A stretch of 64,000 bases of DNA from Podospora anserina (taxonomy: Eukaryota). The stretch covers positions 1,302,001 through 1,366,000 of the forward strand of contig CM030334.1 in assembly GCA_017654855.1 (NCBI GenBank). The letters run 5' to 3'. Shown one piece after another: positions 59,805 to 64,000 of this stretch. Position numbers and translations under genes: made by a program. The notes beneath the pieces are model-generated. The model saw nothing but the letters and a program-made list of their open reading frames with translations, did no database searches and was not told where the DNA came from. Each line of letters starts with the position of its first letter. Positions within the stretch are counted from its first letter, which is position 1.

Positions 59805-62800
59805 CTAATGCATCTGCCCCATGTTCAGATTAATACAATTGCTCAGCAGAGTAGCACCCTCGTGGAGCAGCTGCCACCTCGTCACCTCAAAGGTGTCCTT
59901 CAAAATCATCAGCATAGGCGTGTTGTGGCTGATCCCCTTCATAGTCTTGAGCTCCTCTGGCGACGCCGGGTTGCCATACTTGGCCAGGTACTCCCGCATC
60001 TGACGGACCTTGTCCTGCTGAGTGGTCGGCACAGGCATTTCCGGGCTGGGTCCCTCGAGAGCAAACCCATAGCACCACACCACCAGAGCGGCAAAGTAGA
60101 GAACCCAGGGCCTGTTGAGCAGGACGTCGTCGCGGGCCGAGTAAATCTCGTCGTACCGGCCGTATCCGTTGGAGCTGGGAGTCGCCACTCGATCAGGCTG
60201 GAGCACCGAGTTCAGGAACTTGAGGGCGTAGTACGTCGCGTCGCGCGCCTTTGCCGTCGGGGCCCACTCTCTCATCCGCTTCGAAGCGCTGGAAACATCC
60301 TGCTGCCCAATCGCTCGACCGAGCAATCTCTTTGCTCGCGCGTGCATCTGGCAGTCGACGATGTCCACGTGCATGGCCATGTGGGCCAGGTGGTGGAGGA
60401 CGATCCGGCTCTCAAACACGACATTGGCTTCGCTGTGGTCGGGTGTGTGGAAATAGGGGTCGGCCGACGCCTCGCCGCGCTTGAACAACGTCTTGTCAAA
60501 GTCGCCCTTCCACGAGTCGAAAGCCCTCGTCAAGGTAGCCCGCCACTTGTCCCGCCCGCCGAGAGCTTGTCCGACCGGGCCGCCGAGAGAGTTGACTTGA
60601 AGATCTCTCTGGTTCATGTGCCAACTGACGCTGAGCAAGCCGGCCATCAGAATGGTGCGGCCAAACGAGTTCGTCTGCACCTCGTGGCCGCTCAGTGTCC
60701 GCTTGAGACCTTCCAAGAAGGCGACCGGTTTGTTGCCCACAGCCAAGAGCTGTGACTCGATCCTGCCCACCTCGGCACCGCTTGTGGCCTTCCACAACTT
60801 ATCGTCACAAGGCAACGGCAGGCGCATCTCGTGGGCCACCATGACGGTGGAATGTCCAAACATGGTGGCGTGAATAGAGTCGATAACAAAGGCGGCAAAG
60901 GCTGCGCGCCGCGTCGACTCGCCAGCGATCCAGTGGTTCCACCACTCGCTCGGAGTGTGCGCCATACCCGATGTCGAGGAGTGTCTGGAGCCGTTGGTCT
61001 TGTCATCTCTGGGATTCGGTGGCGAATCCAAAGCGGACTTGCCGATGAGGGCTCGCCCGCGACGCATGAGAGTGATGGTGGTGGCATGGTGAATATGTGC
61101 CCTCTCGTGAAGCTCGCGGGTAGAGTACATCTTTTCGTATAGTTCGAGCAGGAGGAGCGTCTGGAAAACCCACAGCTTCGCCGGCGGCCGGCAGTTGGGA
61201 TCCTGGAACATTTCCCACCTGAGATGCCACGCCAAAAAGTTGGAGAGCTGGGCACCAGCCTTGGTCACCTTCTGACCGTGAGTCTTGTCAAGACAGGCGG
61301 CACCAATCGTCATCATGGCAATCAACAGCAGATTTGGCGTCTTTTCTGGGGAGAAGGTCGGCTTATGCAAGATGGGAACCTGATCGCTAAAGTGAACCCA
61401 GTACGAGCCGATGTACGCCTGCATCATCTTGCGGCTGAGCATGTGTGAGTCGTCGTTGCGATCGCCTTCGAGGATGCCTTCGCGTTGCCGCTCGACTGGC
61501 GCCTGACCATTTTCGTGGAATCTTTCCTTGATAAACTCGAAGATCTCGGCGCTCTTCTCGTCTGAAATGACCGACTCTGGGAGGTTTTGATCCAAAAGGT
61601 TAGTGACGGACATGATCTGCTGTGGTGCTGTTGAAGGTGGGAAGTAGCCCATCTGGCTTGGATCGTTGCCGTAGTAAGGCACACTAAACTGGCTGGAGAA
61701 CTCCCCATAGCTGTGAAGACAAGTCAGCACAAAATGGACCTTGAAGGCGAGTGATAAAACTTACTTGTACCCTCCCCCTTGAATCGGCACAGCCATTGGA
61801 GAACCATCCGTGTGTGCGGTGTTGAACAGGTATGCCATGAAATCCTCCGGCATGCCGACATAAGGCGACTTGTTCAACATGCTGTCGCTGCCAAACACGG
61901 GCATGGTTTGAGGCATGGCCATTTGATCGAGCAACATCATTTCACCTCCTTGTTGCTGATGCTGATCATTGTATTCGGTCGAGGTCGGTGGCGCATACGC
62001 CTGCTGCTGTTCTTCACGATCAACACCCCCGGCTGACGAAGTAGGAAACTCGGATGGCGGCAGACTGAATGGAGGGAAGTTTTGTGGTGGAACATAGGAC
62101 ATCCCGCCCGCTGACTGGGGAGTTCCCGATGGCTGGCTGTGGTATCCTGGCTGGTTCGAAACAGGTGATAAAACGCCGTAAGGACCAACGCTGGTCTGAA
62201 TGGAAGGCCGTTGAGGACCGCCTGGAGAATGAAGTGGCTGTCGTTGAGACATGTGCCCGTAGTTGTTATGGTCGTGGTGCATGTAGTCGACGGGACCGTT
62301 GGACCCTCCGTTTGGATAGCCAGCCGGTGGCGTGTTGGCCATTGGACTGTACGGCATGCCGTCCTTTGGAGACTGAAATTGCATGGTCAAAGCCCGGCCC
62401 TTGTTGTATGCCGTGCCTGGCCTGTTGACTTCAGGAGAGGCAGAGCCCGCCGTCATAAATGGAGATCGGTTGTCTGTGATGGGTGAGGCTTGACTCATCA
62501 GCGAGTCTTTCCGGTTGAGAGCAGACCCCTTTGCCGTGTGTCGGTCCTTGTGACGATTGCAAAGATCGAGCCGGACGAAAGTCCTCTGGCAGTCACCGAT
62601 GCCGCACTTGTACACTTGCTTCGGGTTATGGTTGAGCTGATGGCGGTAGCTTTTTAACAGACAAGGAGGTTAGTACAGAGACAAACTCATATTGACACTC
62701 AAGATTTAAAATCACATACAGATGCTCTGCCCTCGAGTAGCTCTTCCCGCAACCCTTCTCAGGACACTCAAACTTCTTCTCCTGGCCCTTCCGGCTTCGC

Positions 62801-63057
62801 CTACGTTTCCGCGCGGGGCCTTCCGAGTTGGACGAGTGAGCACCATCCCCGCCATCCTCGGCATCATCTAGATCGAGACCATCCACATCTTTGTCGTCAG
62901 ATCGGCTACGTGTGCGGCCTCTCTCATGGTCTTCGTGCTCCTGTTTTATGTTTTCAGGAGGGGTGGGCTCCTGCTGAGGGGGCATGGACTGCATAGTTCG
63001 CGCCGGTGGTGCTGGAGGTTTGATTTCACTTGGCTGGGATGCGAGAACAGAAGCCAT
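59805..63057 (-). CDS. C2H2 zinc-finger transcription factor with fungal-specific TF domain (Klf1/Zas1-like)
   Basis: Exons 63057-62720, 62649-61765 and 61710-59805. NLS RKRRRSRK; two fingers FECPEKGCGKSYSRAEHLYRHQLNH and YKCGIGDCQRTFVRLDLCNRHKDRH; Fungal_trans motifs YWVHFSDQVPILHKPTF and ESTRRAAFAAFVID...LPLPCDDKLW. Confidence 0.92.
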
Positions 63058-64000
63058 GTTCTCTCGCAGAGGTGATTTTCCAATCGGAAGACACCGGCAC
63101 TGATTAGGCTGCACGGTTGAATGAGTAGCTCTTGTTCAGTCACACAGATCCGGGGTAGGAATACTGGGGAAGGTCCCGAGTGAATCTCCGAAATGCCCGG
63201 CTGGCAAAGTGTGACGATGGGTGATGAATCGGGATGGTCCGCGGGACTTACAACACAGTGCGTGCGTATGTAGGTGAAGGGCCGCTCTGTGGAGTAGATA
63301 TACGCTCGATAGAGGTGACACGAGGTATAGGCAGACGTGCTGTGAATCGATAGGGTGTGGTTTTTGTGGTGGTATGGACTGCTGTATATGTCGCTCAAAG
63401 ACGCGCCAGAGAGGGGAAAGAGAGGTGTTCGTGGAGTTGGGGGACTCGCTCTCGACCTCACCAAGAAACCAATAGGGACGAGGCTCACGATATCATGGCA
63501 GGCAAAGCTCAACACGGCGGGCAAAAGTAAAGTGACCGGCGCCTCCCGTCAGAACCAAAAAAAAAAAAAAAAAGTGAAATTTCTTTCAAACAAAGGAGGC
63601 AAAAAACAAGAGCAAGCCCGCCAGATGCCGCTGCGCGTCGGAGAAGGCCTCTTCAGTAAAATAATGCGGTTTCCTGGTCTGTAGCATAAGATCAGCGACA
63701 AGAGCTTTTGGGAACCGATGCGGGAAAATGAACGGAACATCGCCCGCCAGCACCCAGCCAGCGGACCACTCAGCACGGGGCACACATTAGGAAAAGGGCC
63801 TGGACAACCGAAGAGCGAGCGGGGGCAGCCGGGGTACGACGTGGTATGGGGGTAGGGGTTACTGTATGTAGAGGGGGGGGGTGGCCCGAGCAGCATCAGA
63901 GCATCTGCAAGCAAGCTGGTGGACCAAGCGCTCGGGTGGAGTATCTTTGCTGGAACAGCCAGGGGGACCGGGGAGGGACGAGGGATAAAAAAAAAATCTT

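Overview
This window is eukaryotic, intron-containing fungal DNA. Short GT-AG introns with CTRAC branch sites and the gene content point to a filamentous ascomycete of the Sordariales, plausibly Podospora-like (an inference). I can support 17 protein-coding loci: egt1 (10 exons, one GC-AG intron), a mitochondrial PDK/BCKDK-family kinase, a 4-exon I9 protease inhibitor missed by the ORF track, bms1, two F-box proteins, a Pro-rich transglutaminase-like peptidase, an Ecm4-type glutathione transferase, leu1, a Zn2Cys6 and a C2H2 transcription factor, uba1, an FKBP12-type PPIase, msb2, a Dal5/Tna1-family MFS transporter and two orphan ORFs. I found no transposons, rRNA or tRNA genes, or CRISPR arrays. 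The most interesting signals concern recoding and RNA processing. (1) The 946-aa orphan has an in-phase U_UUU_UUA slippery heptamer, a hairpin 8 nt downstream and a -1 frame open for about 412 codons apart from one UAG, making it a candidate for programmed -1 frameshifting and dual coding. (2) A 501-codon orphan ORF is broken by a single in-frame UAG in a context suited to sexual-stage A-to-I editing. (3) A 3-nt microexon completes a zinc-ligand Cys of the Zn2Cys6 factor. (4) A long, structured egt1 intron lies between the two catalytic domains and carries a cryptic acceptor. (5) There are candidate alternative N-termini: a CUG-initiated NLS extension on Uba1 and a mitochondrial presequence on the GST. 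All exon models and RNA pairings were worked out by eye and need RNA or comparative confirmation.
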